DNA from: a virus
Strand: one strand, 5' to 3'
DNA: 64,000 nt
Virus record (IMG/VR): IMGVR_UViG_3300032287_000955
Location: 7,676-71,675 of that record
The position numbers and the translations under genes were made by a program. How positions within the stretch are numbered: the first letter of the stretch is position 1; every line of letters starts with the position of its first letter. The notes below the pieces were generated by a model, which was not told the origin of the DNA, did no database searches, and worked only from the letters and a program-made list of their open reading frames with translations. Positions 10,023 to 21,089 of the stretch are shown here, piece after piece.

Positions 10023-11408
10023 ATGACTATGCCAAGACTCAGCTTATATCGTCCCGAAAAGGGCAATGATTACAAATTTATAGATAAAAATATCTGGGAA
10101 ATGTTCCAGGTAGGCGGAGTGGATGTGTTTGTCCACAAATATCTAGGACCCGGTTCTTCTGTGCAAGGGGATACTCCCAGTACTCCTGCATATTCTAGCA
10201 CGGATCCTACACAAATTCAAGATTTTCTATTTTTAGAAAATAGAGATAGAAAATACGAACCTGATATCTATAATCTAAGAGGCGTTTATAATATACAAGA
10301 TTTAGATTTTAATCTAAGTCAATTTGGATTATTTTTACAGAATGATACGATTTTTATCACTTTCCATATCAACGATACTGTAGAAAAAATAGGAAGAAAA
10401 CTCATCGCCGGCGATGTAATAGAGCTGCCGCACTTAAAAGACGATCATGCGCTCAATGATCTACAATTTGCTCTCAAGCGTTTTTATGTTATCGAAGAAG
10501 TAACTCGCGCTGCTGAAGGTTTTTCAGTAACTTGGTATCCGCACCTTTATCGTGCAAAATGTAAACCAATGGTAGACAGCCAAGAATTTAAAGAAATACT
10601 CGACGGGCTTGCTGATGATTCCGGTGAAGATAATACCACTACTCTGCGCGACATCATGAGTACCTATGAAAAAGAAATGCAGATTACACAGGCAGTTCTT
10701 GATCAAGCAGAAGCAGATGTTCCAAGAAGTGGATATGATACTACAAGTTTTTATACCTTACAGACAAATGATCAAGGTGATTCAATTTTAGAAACTGTTG
10801 ATTCTGAAGTACTAGATGCTTCAGTTGAAACACAAGCAACAGACGATGCAGGCAATTTATTATATGACGAAAACGGTGATCCGATCTATGTCGGATCAAC
10901 AGCCAGCACCATGCTGTTGTCGGCTGCACAAAAAGGATATCGAGGATATATCACACAAGACGGAATTCCTCAAAACGGTGCACCATTTACAGCAGGAATT
11001 GCATTTCCTAACAGTCCGGTTGAAGGTCAATTTGCATTAAGGACTGACTACTTGCCAAATAGACTATTCAGATTCAACGGGTCTCGTTGGGTTAAACAGG
11101 AAGATAATGTGCGTATGACAATGAGCAATCGTGGCACACACGACGGTAAAACTAATAAAGGACTGTGGACTGTGTCAACAGTTTATTCTAAGGACGATAT
11201 TGTTAAGTTTAATGGTTGGGAATATGTTTCTAAAGTTAATAACAATACAGGTATTCGTCCAAGTGCGGATGTTAAAAAATGGCAACAACTTCGCATTACA
11301 CAGAAGACCAGCTTTATCAATAATAACAATACAAACACAATCGATGGACATGTCATCGAAGAAAAACAAAGCCTATCCAAGGCATTACGACCACAGGCGG
11401 ATGAATAA
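10023..11408 (+). CDS. gp14: Neck/head-closure protein gp14-like with C-terminal extension (start may be 10029)
   Basis: FNLSQFGLFL.ND, R...GDVIELPHL; divergent from gp13 and followed by gp15. Confidence 0.7.
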   Translation: MTMPRLSLYRPEKGNDYKFIDKNIWEMFQVGGVDVFVHKYLGPGSSVQGDTPSTPAYSSTDPTQIQDFLFLENRDRKYEPDIYNLRGVYNIQDLDFNLSQFGLFLQNDTIFITFHINDTVEKIGRKLIAGDVIELPHLKDDHALNDLQFALKRFYVIEEVTRAAEGFSVTWYPHLYRAKCKPMVDSQEFKEILDGLADDSGEDNTTTLRDIMSTYEKEMQITQAVLDQAEADVPRSGYDTTSFYTLQTNDQGDSILETVDSEVLDASVETQATDDAGNLLYDENGDPIYVGSTASTMLLSAAQKGYRGYITQDGIPQNGAPFTAGIAFPNSPVEGQFALRTDYLPNRLFRFNGSRWVKQEDNVRMTMSNRGTHDGKTNKGLWTVSTVYSKDDIVKFNGWEYVSKVNNNTGIRPSADVKKWQQLRITQKTSFINNNNTNTIDGHVIEEKQSLSKALRPQADE

Positions 11409-12856
11409 TGGATTATTTTTATGATGGTCAGATAAGACGATATGTAACACAGTTCATGCGAGTGTTCATAGGGTTTAAGTACCAAGCGGGCGACGGAGAA
11501 CAACGAGAAGTTCCTGTAATGTACGGAGATATGACTCGACAAGTAGCTGGGATTATTAAAGACAACAGCGAAAATAAAATGTCCACAGTACCAAGAATTG
11601 CCTGTTATATTTCTGCGTTAGAAACAGACTCGACAAGAATATCAGACGCTACATTTGTCAGCAAAGTTAGCATTCGTGAAAGACAATGGACCGATAACAG
11701 CGGTCAAATTGAGTACGGCAACAATCAAGGTGGAGGGTATACTGTTGAAAGGTTAATGCCAACGCCATATAAACTTTCTATGAAAGCTGATTTATGGACT
11801 TCAAACACTGACCAAAAATTACAATTAATGGAACAGATTCTAGTTCTATTCAATCCCAGTTTAGAAATACAAACCACTGACAACTACATTGATTGGACTA
11901 GTTTAAGTGTCATGGATATAAAGAATATTAATTTTAGTTCTAGAACAATCCCACAAGGTGCCGACAGTGAAATTGATATCAGTACTGTAGAATTTGAAAT
12001 GCCCATATGGATAACACCGCCTGCTAAAGTCAAAAAACTTGGTATTGTTAAATCAATTATCAACAATGTATTCACTGAACAAGGGGACATTGTTAGTCTT
12101 GAAGATCTAGTTTATAATCGTCGCAAAGGATCGTTTGAAACTAGTTCAAATAGATACAGAGTACTATTGTTTAAATCTAATAACGGCCAACCCTATGACT
12201 ATGACGTAACCCTAGTAAATCCAGATGCAGCAGTATTAGCACTAGGATTAGATCAAAAATCTATTAAAAACGGAGTTCCGGTAGATTGGAATATTATTCT
12301 AGAAGTTATGGGCGGATATGCTCCTGGTAATCAAGTGTATTTCAAACAGCCTTCTGGATATGAAATGGTTGGTACTTATGCTATCAACGAAATAAATCCT
12401 TCAGTGTTAGTGGTAACATTTGATCAAGATACTATTCCTCAAAATACATTAATTAATAGCACAATTAGCGGAGTAGATCCTCGAGGAACTGTAGATGCAA
12501 TTATCGATCCCTACAAGTATAATCCCGTAGAAGTCTATGGATCACAGGCAGATATACCGTTAGGCATGCGTTTCTTAATGCTAGACGATGTGAATCCAAA
12601 TAATGCCAATCAAGATGGTCCAGATGCTTGGAAAAATTTAGATTTATCCGATCCGTGGATCAAGATGAATTCAATTATTGAATGGGATGGCAGTGCTTGG
12701 GTAACTGTTTGGGAAACAGAAACCGGTGATGATCCAACTTATATTCAAAACCTACGTACAGGTATCAAATATCGCTGGGACGGTGAGCAATGGCTCAAAG
12801 CATTCGAAGGCGAGTATGCCCCAGGATTGTGGAATTTCCTTCCTCCTGAACTATAA
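11408..12856 (+). CDS. gp15: Tail sheath terminator/completion protein gp15-like, extended
   Basis: YFYDGQIRRYV.QF...F, VPVMYG, PRIA, MPTPY.L, QKLQLMEQILVLFNP. Confidence 0.85.
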   Translation: MDYFYDGQIRRYVTQFMRVFIGFKYQAGDGEQREVPVMYGDMTRQVAGIIKDNSENKMSTVPRIACYISALETDSTRISDATFVSKVSIRERQWTDNSGQIEYGNNQGGGYTVERLMPTPYKLSMKADLWTSNTDQKLQLMEQILVLFNPSLEIQTTDNYIDWTSLSVMDIKNINFSSRTIPQGADSEIDISTVEFEMPIWITPPAKVKKLGIVKSIINNVFTEQGDIVSLEDLVYNRRKGSFETSSNRYRVLLFKSNNGQPYDYDVTLVNPDAAVLALGLDQKSIKNGVPVDWNIILEVMGGYAPGNQVYFKQPSGYEMVGTYAINEINPSVLVVTFDQDTIPQNTLINSTISGVDPRGTVDAIIDPYKYNPVEVYGSQADIPLGMRFLMLDDVNPNNANQDGPDAWKNLDLSDPWIKMNSIIEWDGSAWVTVWETETGDDPTYIQNLRTGIKYRWDGEQWLKAFEGEYAPGLWNFLPPEL

Positions 12857-12864
12857 GTAAAGGT

Positions 12865-13257
12865 ATGCAACAGCGTGCCGGATTACTATTTCTTGCCAGC
12901 TCTACTTCTCGTATACTTCTAATATTAGAAGATTCTAAGTGGACTGTACCTACTTTTTCTAGACACGATTCTTTATTGTCCGATGCTAGTAAACTTTTAG
13001 AACAATATAGTTCTGGTAGAATTTTACCTATTGAATTGTATCTGTCAGAAGATCGAGGTTTTGAATACGGCACTTATGTTTGTTTGGTTAAAGATGAATT
13101 CTTGTCTAGAGAGCCAAAAACACTAGCATGGTGCGACTTAGATCATTTGCCTAATCAACTACATAGCGGTCTAAAAGCAACATTAAATAATGCTGTGATT
13201 AGAACTAAAATTGAAACCATATTAATATTAGAGAACGAAAATGCTGATACAAAATAG
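12865..13257 (+). CDS. NUDIX-fold-like protein lacking a Nudix box
   Basis: AGLLF...RILL..W start and W...LP..LH.GL end resemble phage NUDIX proteins; no GX5EX7REUXEE motif. Confidence 0.45.
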   Translation: MQQRAGLLFLASSTSRILLILEDSKWTVPTFSRHDSLLSDASKLLEQYSSGRILPIELYLSEDRGFEYGTYVCLVKDEFLSREPKTLAWCDLDHLPNQLHSGLKATLNNAVIRTKIETILILENENADTK

Positions 13258-13543
13258 TCCAAGATTTATTGAAGATTTTGAAAACTATCAAAAAAGGATA
13301 GCTCAGGTTACAGATGAGAATCTAAAAAACGATTTAACTAGTACTCTAGTTAAACTAAAAGAGCATATTCAATACATTGATAGAAGTCACGAGCAGATAT
13401 TTTTCTCCGGAAAAATTCCCACAGACGAAATCGCTGAAAATCGAAACGAAGTAGCCAAATATAAAAAAAGTTTAGATAGTCGGCTACTTGATTGGGAACA
13501 ACGACAATATCTTAAGCCTGCGCTTCACCCCAACGAAGAATAA
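13241..13543 (+). CDS. Hypothetical helical protein
   Basis: 100-aa ORF overlapping the preceding gene. Confidence 0.55.
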   Translation: MLIQNSPRFIEDFENYQKRIAQVTDENLKNDLTSTLVKLKEHIQYIDRSHEQIFFSGKIPTDEIAENRNEVAKYKKSLDSRLLDWEQRQYLKPALHPNEE

Positions 13544-16500
13544 TACCTGCTGGCACCGCAGTTCCAGCTACCTTATAGATATTAATAGCTAATACGTCTG
13601 GACCATTCGGAAATGCTCCTCGACCACCAATAGCCGTGGTCGTTAACTCTTTCAACTGTGCTAGATTAATAGATGTTGTTGAGCCCGGGTTACTAATAAA
13701 CGAAAATACCTGTTCTCCAGGAAGTGCAAATTGCACGTCACCAAACTGGAATGTAACCGTACCTGCAGCACTCAGTGTAGCGTTAGATGTTTGAGTGAAT
13801 GTAACACGTCTAACAGTTGTTGCTCCTAGTGTTCTTGAACTTACACCTGCAACAGATGTACCAGCTGGAAATTGTGTAAACGAACTTGATACCCTGGTTC
13901 CTGTTGTTGCTGTTGAGGCATTCCAAGAAGCATTAGTGAAGAACAAGAAGTTAGTGGCTGCGTATGCTGCCGCTGTACCTGAAGCTGTTACCGTGGTAGA
14001 CACTGTGTTAGCAACACCTGCAGTACTGGTTCCGTTGGCTGCTGCACTTAATACAATCCTTGTATATAGTACGCCGGCTACCCTAGCAAAACTTGTGGTA
14101 ATCAAGCTAACTGTTTGATTCCCAGTTAAGAATGATGCTACTTGACAAGTATCACCTGCTAGTATTCCCGAAGTTGCAAAGTCAGTATCAAGCATCAAGA
14201 AATCTGTTCTTGCTGTGCTGATTGCGCTAGCATACTGTGTTGAAATACTTGATGTAACAGTAACAACAACACTTGCTCCTGTTGTTGTAGGACTACTAAG
14301 GGTAGCACCAGTATTCATAACTATGCGTGTGTAAATCGTACCTAGATAAGCTCTGGTAATACTAGTAATCTGTTGTCCGCCAGTTAGGTAAGTAGTTGCC
14401 GATAGTATATCACCAACACGCAATGGCGTAGTTGTTAGCAGTGCATCAAATGCTGTGTTAGTGATCAAGAAATCTGTTCTACCTGTGCTGAGGGCTGAAA
14501 GATAAGTGGTATTTCCTGCTGTTGGGCCTGATGGAGAGAAGTTCAACGCTGTAATAGTATTTGTTACAGTATTAAAAGCTCTGGCCACAGCAGTAGTAGT
14601 CAATGCTCCTTGAATAATAGCTGTGGAAGTTGTTAATGGAACACCACCCCAGTTAATCGCACCACCTAATGCAACCTGTGCAAAACTTGGTTGTCCACCA
14701 GCACCAGCACTTGATAATCCACTCCATGTAATTCTAGTAGGATCGCTTGGATAATTTCTTGGATTTAAAATACCTTCAACAACCAGTGCGCCTGTACCTG
14801 TGTCAGCAGTTACAGAAATTTCATTTAGTAACAATTGCGCTCTATTTAACAAGTCACGCTCGCCTAAATCACCAACCAGCGCATTAGACACACTCGGTGC
14901 TAGTCGAATCATAAATGCAGTTTGTTTATCAATACTTGCGCTTAAACCTGTGGCTGCATAGTTAAAGATGTAGCCGCGATCTTCATCAAATTGTCCGTCA
15001 GTTAATATCGCAGAACCCCAGTGGTTGATAGTTGGTGTAATTGTACAACTTATCAATGCGACTCCGGCGCCTGCTTCATGTGATGCTGCCGTGCCCGCAG
15101 TATATGTTCTATTTTGTCCTGATGAGAAATTACTTAAATTAGCTGATCGAGATAGACCGATTAGCCTATTCCCAGATTTTCCTGAGTAGAAAATCAATTC
15201 ATTATCAACATAGATAGTTCCCGAACTAGGGAATTTTGATGTATCTGTTAGGTATAAAGAAGCTGAAGTTGATGTGATACTTGCTGACAATTTGTCTAGT
15301 GCCGACCTATTTTCAACTTCATAACGCACTGGCAAGTTAGCAGTACGCATATAAGCTTCGTAGTTAATATTGCTGTTACGAATTCTATGTAAGAATACAA
15401 ATTTACCGTCTGCGCCCCTAATCATAAATTCAATAAAACCAGCAGCATACCAAGAATATTGTATACCGATCATCTGCATACGCTGTGGAATAAGATTGTA
15501 ACCACTAGGACCAGTTCCGTCAGCTTTGTCTATATTCCATTCGCTTTGTGGAATAACTAGTTCTTTCACTAAACAAACTTTTACACCAACTACGTTATTA
15601 ACTCCGCGCCAGTCTGGTGTAACTGTCATTGAGGTGTCGCTGGAGATACTAGTCACAGTATGAGTCATACCTCGGATAACAATTTTGTCATGAACTTTGA
15701 GTTGATTAGTAAATCTCGTTCCGGTACCCGAAATTAAATTACTTTCAGTATTGATAGCCACCTGTCCAGCTAGCTGGAATGTAGAACTGCGTCGTACTAC
15801 TGACATTTCCCGTCCATCAAACTGATAGAAAATTCCGTTTTGATCGTCAAATGCGCCTACTCGAACTGACGATCCGTGCCAAGATTTAACTGAAAGTAAA
15901 CAACGAGGACCAATATCGGCATTCAATGTCGATAATGGTACTAATGCACGTACTCTAAATGATCTCGATGATATAATACTTTCAACAGTATAGGTTCCAT
16001 TATATTCAAAAGAATTAAAACCAGTTACTTCGATAACTCCGCCCGGTTGTAAACCGTGATCTGTATCGTCTGTGCTCATAGTGATATAACTGTTTACAGC
16101 ATATCCAGCAGCCACAGCACTTGCTAGATTATAATTTGGTGCAAAGAGAGCACCTGTTGTATACATAATACCTTTACCAGATTGGTAACGAATGTATTTT
16201 TTACTTTGACGTATGGCCTGTGCACCGTGTTGTGGTCCACCTGTGCCCAACTGTACACCGCCATCAAATGGTCTATGAACAAAGAAACTATCAGGACGAG
16301 CATATAGTACACCGGTGATCGCTGCTGTTGTGTTAATAACGCCAGTGGTTCTAGCAGGGAATCTAATTGTAGTTGGGGTTGGAACTTGAGTAATAACAAA
16401 AGGTCCAGATGCTAAATTATGATTAGCAGAAGTTAAGTTTACTGAAAGCGCATTGCTGCCTGTGCCTACCACAGCAAATATTCCAACACCAGAATAGCTA

Positions 16501-19500
16501 CCATAGGCAATTTCTTCCCAAGTTCCCGATGAAGCCAATGTTTGAGCAGTCCACGAGCCAGTTGTGCCGTTAAATGATGTTGCTGCGGCGGTGCCGCTGT
16601 CTGCAACAGCAACGAATACATCGTCGCCAAATGTAATGTTGTTCCAGTTAGCACTGGCTGGTAATATCGCTGCGGTCCAGGTAGTTCCGTTAATAGAAAC
16701 TGCGGCCGCAGTGCTACCTGTAGCAATAGCTACAAATCTACCATTGCCAAATGCAACACTAGTCCAGTTAGAACTAGTTGGTAATGTTGCTGACGCCCAG
16801 GTTGCTCCATTGTCGACTGAAAATGCCGCAGCAGTACCACCAGTAGCAATAGCCACAAGATAATTCGATGTGCCTATGATTCCACCAACAACATCACTCC
16901 AATTAGACGAACTTGGCAATGTTGCTGCCGCCCATGTTGTTCCGTTGATCGAATAAGCTGCTTGAGTTGATCCGGATCTTACAGCAACAAAGACACCATT
17001 GAAATAGGTCACAGAAGTCCATGTTCCCGATCCGGGTAATGCTCCTGTGGCTGTCCAGTTAGCACCATTATCAATGGAATAGTTTGCTAGGGTGCCGGTT
17101 TGTTGTAGTGCTATCCAATAGGTAGTCGCACCAATCGCACCACCTGCTATCGAAGTCCAGCTCGATGCTGCAGATAATGTTCCACCAGCAGTCCAGAGTG
17201 TTCCGTTAGTTGAAACGTTTGATCTATTTGAATCTGAGCTTATAGTTATAAATGTTCCGCCTGAGAATGCAACACTTATCCAACTTTGGCTGTTGGTTAA
17301 ACCACGTGCTGTAGAAGAAAATCCTGGAGCAGGTTGTGATGATATACTTGATAATATACTAGAACCAGGTAATAGTCCATGGTTGCTAGCAAAGTCAACT
17401 TGAACTGTGGCAATAGCACCTACGTTTAATGTTGTTCCGTCTGGTATCTCACCGGTTAACGATTCACTGATAGTCATTGCAGGATAGACCACAATAGCCG
17501 CACCTGCAAACGGTGTTCCCGAAGCTGACACTGTGGTAACATTGCCGCCACTGACTGCTGTTACTGTAAGTGTACAATCATTTAAAGGTGAAACGCCACC
17601 TAGTAAGTTTCCAGCGATGACAATTCTATTACCAATTCTATAACCAGTGCTGGTAATACCAACTGTGGTAACTGCCGAAAACACTCCCGATGCCGCAGTG
17701 ACATCAAACACAGCGCCTGCACCATCATTGGCTACGCTTATTCCAGGTACGCTGGTATAGGATTGATCTCCAGTTACACCAAGAGGTGTTCCGTCTACTG
17801 TGAAATCCACAACAGCACCAGTTCCAAATGCCACTCCGTCGACAGTTATGGTTATACTATTTGCCGGTGCCGTACCATCAAATACCGTACCATCCCATGT
17901 GATTGTGTCGCCTTGGACAAAATCTACACCACCGTCAACTAAGGTGATTCCGTATGTTCCGGAGCCACCCTGACGAACTACAGTTATTCTAGCTCCAGAT
18001 CCTAATGCTGAATCAGTGGAAGATTGTAATATTGAGGTATACGTTGCACCACCACTGGCTGCTGTTCCTGCGTAGGTAAATGTGTTGATAGACCCAGCAC
18101 TATCTACTCCACTAACAGTAAGTAATAGATCGTTAGTAACGTCAACACCGCCTAAAGAAGATCCAAGTATTTTAACTATATCGCCTACTGCATATCCCTG
18201 ACCGTTTCCTGAGCTGTCTCCTGGATCAGAAACTGACGTATATAGACCTCCTGATCTCGCAACATTGAATACAGCACCGGTTCCGTTAGCAGGAACGTTT
18301 GTTCCTGTAACGCTCGTTGTTAGTCTATCAGCACCTTGTTTAACCTGTGAATAAGGTCCTGACAAATTTAATTGCCCGCCTGAAGCAATACTGTTGATAA
18401 AAATTGCATTGTTTGAACCATCGTCAACAGCCATACCTGCTTGAATACCGGTAGGATCAACAACATATATCGTAGTATCTGTTGTTTGTGTTGTGGTTTT
18501 TATACTGGTGTTTACAGTTCCTGCACCAATAACCCCACTAACTGAGGTTCCTACAGGTATAAATGCTGAGCCCGATATTGGAGAACCTGGTGTAGGAGAT
18601 ATTCCGTTGAAGGCTATCTGAAATGAACCTACTAATGTATCAAATTTAGTTACTACTGTTTGAGTAGAACCATTACTAAACAAAGAATAAGTAGCTGAAC
18701 CAATGGCAGCTCCTGTATAAAATCCTGCTTGTCGAATCTGTACGTATGAGGTGTAAAGACTTTGTCCATTGCTAGTTCCTACTTTAGCAGATGAGTAGTA
18801 GGTAAACTGCACAGAGCTGATAATAGAATTTACAAGAAACGAACCTTCTGCTCTAGAAAATCCACTGACTGAAGGATTTAGTCCTTTGACTGTGATCGGA
18901 ATTCCGGCAGTGAATCCGTGAGATCCGTTGGTTGTGACTGTAATTAAGCTGGCTCCAAAGTTTCCGGAATTAACTGAAGCATCGGTGATCATTTCAGCAA
19001 CTGTTATATCAGTACCAGACAATTCATATAATGATGGATAGTTACGCATCATGCCGATAGCCTGCCACTTGGTTGGCTGTAGTCCATACTCAAAGTCAGC
19101 GTCAAGCATGGCCTGTGGAGCAGCAACACGCATACGTTCAATAGCATCTGTGCCAAACTCCCAAGGACGAATCTGTTGATTTGGATCTTCTACAAATATC
19201 TGTAGGTCGTTACCAGTAAATGCAGATGTGTCATACGAAAGGTAAATGGTGGTGATACAGTCACCTGTTTGCCACCATGAGTGAAAATCAAGATCGCTGA
19301 CCGGTTGATTGTCTCCACTGCTTTTCGCTGTTTTGTATTCAATATCTAATCCTGTAGCAGAATCTGAGAAGTTATAGATAATGGTTCCGGTTTCTGTATC
19401 TGTTATTAACAGTATCTCGCTGTGAGTGTATCGACCCATCATGCGAATACTGCTAACTCCGTTTTCTTTTGCAGGAATATTTGGAGTTCCGTTGGTAATA

Positions 19501-20012
19501 ACATCGCTAAAGATATTCCATAACTCGGTGTTTCTTGTGTCAGCACCACTTTCGCCATTACTGCCTACGAATTTAGTTTGCAGTGCTTGCCCTACAGTTG
19601 GGGCACCGTAAGTTGTTGGTACTGTGGTATTAGTGAAAATATAGTTATTAATAGTATCTCTTAGGTATGCCTGACCTGTGGTCTCAGGACTTACGTCGCC
19701 ACGGATCATAGGTTCGCCGTCGATCCAGAAATAATCCGATGTTAATCTTGTTTTAACATTTCCGCCGTATCGCAAATCGTGTGCAATGGCATCGATAAAA
19801 AATCCAACATCTCGTGTACATTTTGATGGAGCATAGGTATAGCCTGCATATGGAGCTATGCTATTTGTGATATTGGAATTGATAAATCTCACAACCTGTT
19901 GCTGTAAGAATGTTTTGTTTGCTAACAGCAGTGCAACCGCATTAGGTAAAAGATTAGCGTCTTTACTAATTCCTGGTTCAAATACAAAATACTCTATTTT
20001 TTTCTTTGCCAT
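13512..20012 (-). CDS. Giant virion structural/fibre protein (2166 aa)
   Basis: G/S/T-rich; beta-propeller-type repeats (W..V.FGNG.FVA.......A.S.NG.TW); repeated G.GA.F.V beta units; N-terminal CTRD motif. Confidence 0.75.
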   Translation of the reverse strand: MAKKKIEYFVFEPGISKDANLLPNAVALLLANKTFLQQQVVRFINSNITNSIAPYAGYTYAPSKCTRDVGFFIDAIAHDLRYGGNVKTRLTSDYFWIDGEPMIRGDVSPETTGQAYLRDTINNYIFTNTTVPTTYGAPTVGQALQTKFVGSNGESGADTRNTELWNIFSDVITNGTPNIPAKENGVSSIRMMGRYTHSEILLITDTETGTIIYNFSDSATGLDIEYKTAKSSGDNQPVSDLDFHSWWQTGDCITTIYLSYDTSAFTGNDLQIFVEDPNQQIRPWEFGTDAIERMRVAAPQAMLDADFEYGLQPTKWQAIGMMRNYPSLYELSGTDITVAEMITDASVNSGNFGASLITVTTNGSHGFTAGIPITVKGLNPSVSGFSRAEGSFLVNSIISSVQFTYYSSAKVGTSNGQSLYTSYVQIRQAGFYTGAAIGSATYSLFSNGSTQTVVTKFDTLVGSFQIAFNGISPTPGSPISGSAFIPVGTSVSGVIGAGTVNTSIKTTTQTTDTTIYVVDPTGIQAGMAVDDGSNNAIFINSIASGGQLNLSGPYSQVKQGADRLTTSVTGTNVPANGTGAVFNVARSGGLYTSVSDPGDSSGNGQGYAVGDIVKILGSSLGGVDVTNDLLLTVSGVDSAGSINTFTYAGTAASGGATYTSILQSSTDSALGSGARITVVRQGGSGTYGITLVDGGVDFVQGDTITWDGTVFDGTAPANSITITVDGVAFGTGAVVDFTVDGTPLGVTGDQSYTSVPGISVANDGAGAVFDVTAASGVFSAVTTVGITSTGYRIGNRIVIAGNLLGGVSPLNDCTLTVTAVSGGNVTTVSASGTPFAGAAIVVYPAMTISESLTGEIPDGTTLNVGAIATVQVDFASNHGLLPGSSILSSISSQPAPGFSSTARGLTNSQSWISVAFSGGTFITISSDSNRSNVSTNGTLWTAGGTLSAASSWTSIAGGAIGATTYWIALQQTGTLANYSIDNGANWTATGALPGSGTWTSVTYFNGVFVAVRSGSTQAAYSINGTTWAAATLPSSSNWSDVVGGIIGTSNYLVAIATGGTAAAFSVDNGATWASATLPTSSNWTSVAFGNGRFVAIATGSTAAAVSINGTTWTAAILPASANWNNITFGDDVFVAVADSGTAAATSFNGTTGSWTAQTLASSGTWEEIAYGSYSGVGIFAVVGTGSNALSVNLTSANHNLASGPFVITQVPTPTTIRFPARTTGVINTTAAITGVLYARPDSFFVHRPFDGGVQLGTGGPQHGAQAIRQSKKYIRYQSGKGIMYTTGALFAPNYNLASAVAAGYAVNSYITMSTDDTDHGLQPGGVIEVTGFNSFEYNGTYTVESIISSRSFRVRALVPLSTLNADIGPRCLLSVKSWHGSSVRVGAFDDQNGIFYQFDGREMSVVRRSSTFQLAGQVAINTESNLISGTGTRFTNQLKVHDKIVIRGMTHTVTSISSDTSMTVTPDWRGVNNVVGVKVCLVKELVIPQSEWNIDKADGTGPSGYNLIPQRMQMIGIQYSWYAAGFIEFMIRGADGKFVFLHRIRNSNINYEAYMRTANLPVRYEVENRSALDKLSASITSTSASLYLTDTSKFPSSGTIYVDNELIFYSGKSGNRLIGLSRSANLSNFSSGQNRTYTAGTAASHEAGAGVALISCTITPTINHWGSAILTDGQFDEDRGYIFNYAATGLSASIDKQTAFMIRLAPSVSNALVGDLGERDLLNRAQLLLNEISVTADTGTGALVVEGILNPRNYPSDPTRITWSGLSSAGAGGQPSFAQVALGGAINWGGVPLTTSTAIIQGALTTTAVARAFNTVTNTITALNFSPSGPTAGNTTYLSALSTGRTDFLITNTAFDALLTTTPLRVGDILSATTYLTGGQQITSITRAYLGTIYTRIVMNTGATLSSPTTTGASVVVTVTSSISTQYASAISTARTDFLMLDTDFATSGILAGDTCQVASFLTGNQTVSLITTSFARVAGVLYTRIVLSAAANGTSTAGVANTVSTTVTASGTAAAYAATNFLFFTNASWNASTATTGTRVSSSFTQFPAGTSVAGVSSRTLGATTVRRVTFTQTSNATLSAAGTVTFQFGDVQFALPGEQVFSFISNPGSTTSINLAQLKELTTTAIGGRGAFPNGPDVLAINIYKVAGTAVPAGIILRWGEAQA

Positions 20013-20025
20013 TTAAAATTTTTCC

Positions 20026-20526
20026 TTAAGCGCCAAACGCAATTGCAAATGCTGAAATTCGTGCATCAACATAGTCTTTTCTAGTTGCATGTGATGATAA
20101 TGTTGGAGTGTTAGTAATGTAGATATCGCCGTCTACAGTGAGTTCGCCTGTGCTATCTCCAGGTCCAACATTTAGTGAAGTGAAGTTTCCATCGGCAGGG
20201 CCGGATGCGCCTATGGTAACATTGTCTATATTTCCAATGCCGCCTTGTATTCTAATGTAGGGAGTTGAAGCGTTTGATATTACTACATCACCAGAAACAT
20301 TTAGATATTCTAATGTTCCAATTTCTTTTAAACCCAGTGCTCGTTGTATTACAGCATCTAAAGCGATTATAGAATCGCTGGGATCAATGATAGGTACGCC
20401 ATTGATTTTGAAACTACCTGTAGTATCGATATTTCCGGAAACTGTGAGATCACCGTTTTCATTGACTGAAAATCCCGGACTTTTAAAGCCGCTTTTTGAT
20501 TCAAATGGTTGGTAACGTACTGACAT
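20026..20526 (-). CDS. Short fibre-like structural protein
   Basis: HATRKDYVD motif typical of fibre repeats; C-terminal AFAIAFGA. Confidence 0.6.
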   Translation of the reverse strand: MSVRYQPFESKSGFKSPGFSVNENGDLTVSGNIDTTGSFKINGVPIIDPSDSIIALDAVIQRALGLKEIGTLEYLNVSGDVVISNASTPYIRIQGGIGNIDNVTIGASGPADGNFTSLNVGPGDSTGELTVDGDIYITNTPTLSSHATRKDYVDARISAFAIAFGA

Positions 20527-20601
20527 GAGCTCTCCGCTATTTTACTACGACTACAACTTCCGCTAAGACATGTGTATTTAGTCTTTCGGTAATACCAAAC
20601 A

Positions 20602-21045
20602 TCACACCTGAGAACTAGTTATATCATTGATTGTTGCGTAATAGGTTGCGCTGAAAAATGCCTTGCTGCCCACTAATAGGCTGGAATTATCGTATGTACT
20701 GCCGTCTGGGCTCGATGCAGGCTGTGCTATTAACTGTAATTTTGATGCTGTTACTGTTGCAGTTAAATCTATAAGGTTTTCGTTGATATTTGTTCTGCCA
20801 AATATTGTTAGATTTGCCTGATTAGGTCCTGCTACAACTAGACATTTAATTATTTCTTTTCTGTTTGCGCCAACATCGACCACAACCGTGTATTCAGCAG
20901 CACAGAATTCACCGACATACCATTCATCTAATACAGTAGTTGATATAACGGTTTGCCACGGGCCTTTATAGGAGAAATTAACTCCATTTTGAAGGCGTAG
21001 CGTATTTTTGATACCTTTAAGGAAATAACGTGCAAAATTTAACAT
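20602..21045 (-). CDS. Hypothetical structural protein
   Basis: 147-aa beta-rich ORF (LDEW...EF.AAEYTV); TAAATA box 5 nt upstream. Confidence 0.6.
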   Translation of the reverse strand: MLNFARYFLKGIKNTLRLQNGVNFSYKGPWQTVISTTVLDEWYVGEFCAAEYTVVVDVGANRKEIIKCLVVAGPNQANLTIFGRTNINENLIDLTATVTASKLQLIAQPASSPDGSTYDNSSLLVGSKAFFSATYYATINDITSSQV

Positions 21046-21065
21046 AGTAGTATTTAGCAGATAAT

Positions 21066-21088
21066 AAAAAAGCCCCTTTCGGGGCTTT
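21066..21088 (-). terminator. Intrinsic terminator after the carbamoyltransferase gene
   Basis: AAAGCCCC-GAAA-GGGGCTTT then TTT on the minus strand. Confidence 0.85.
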
Positions 21089-21089
21089 G

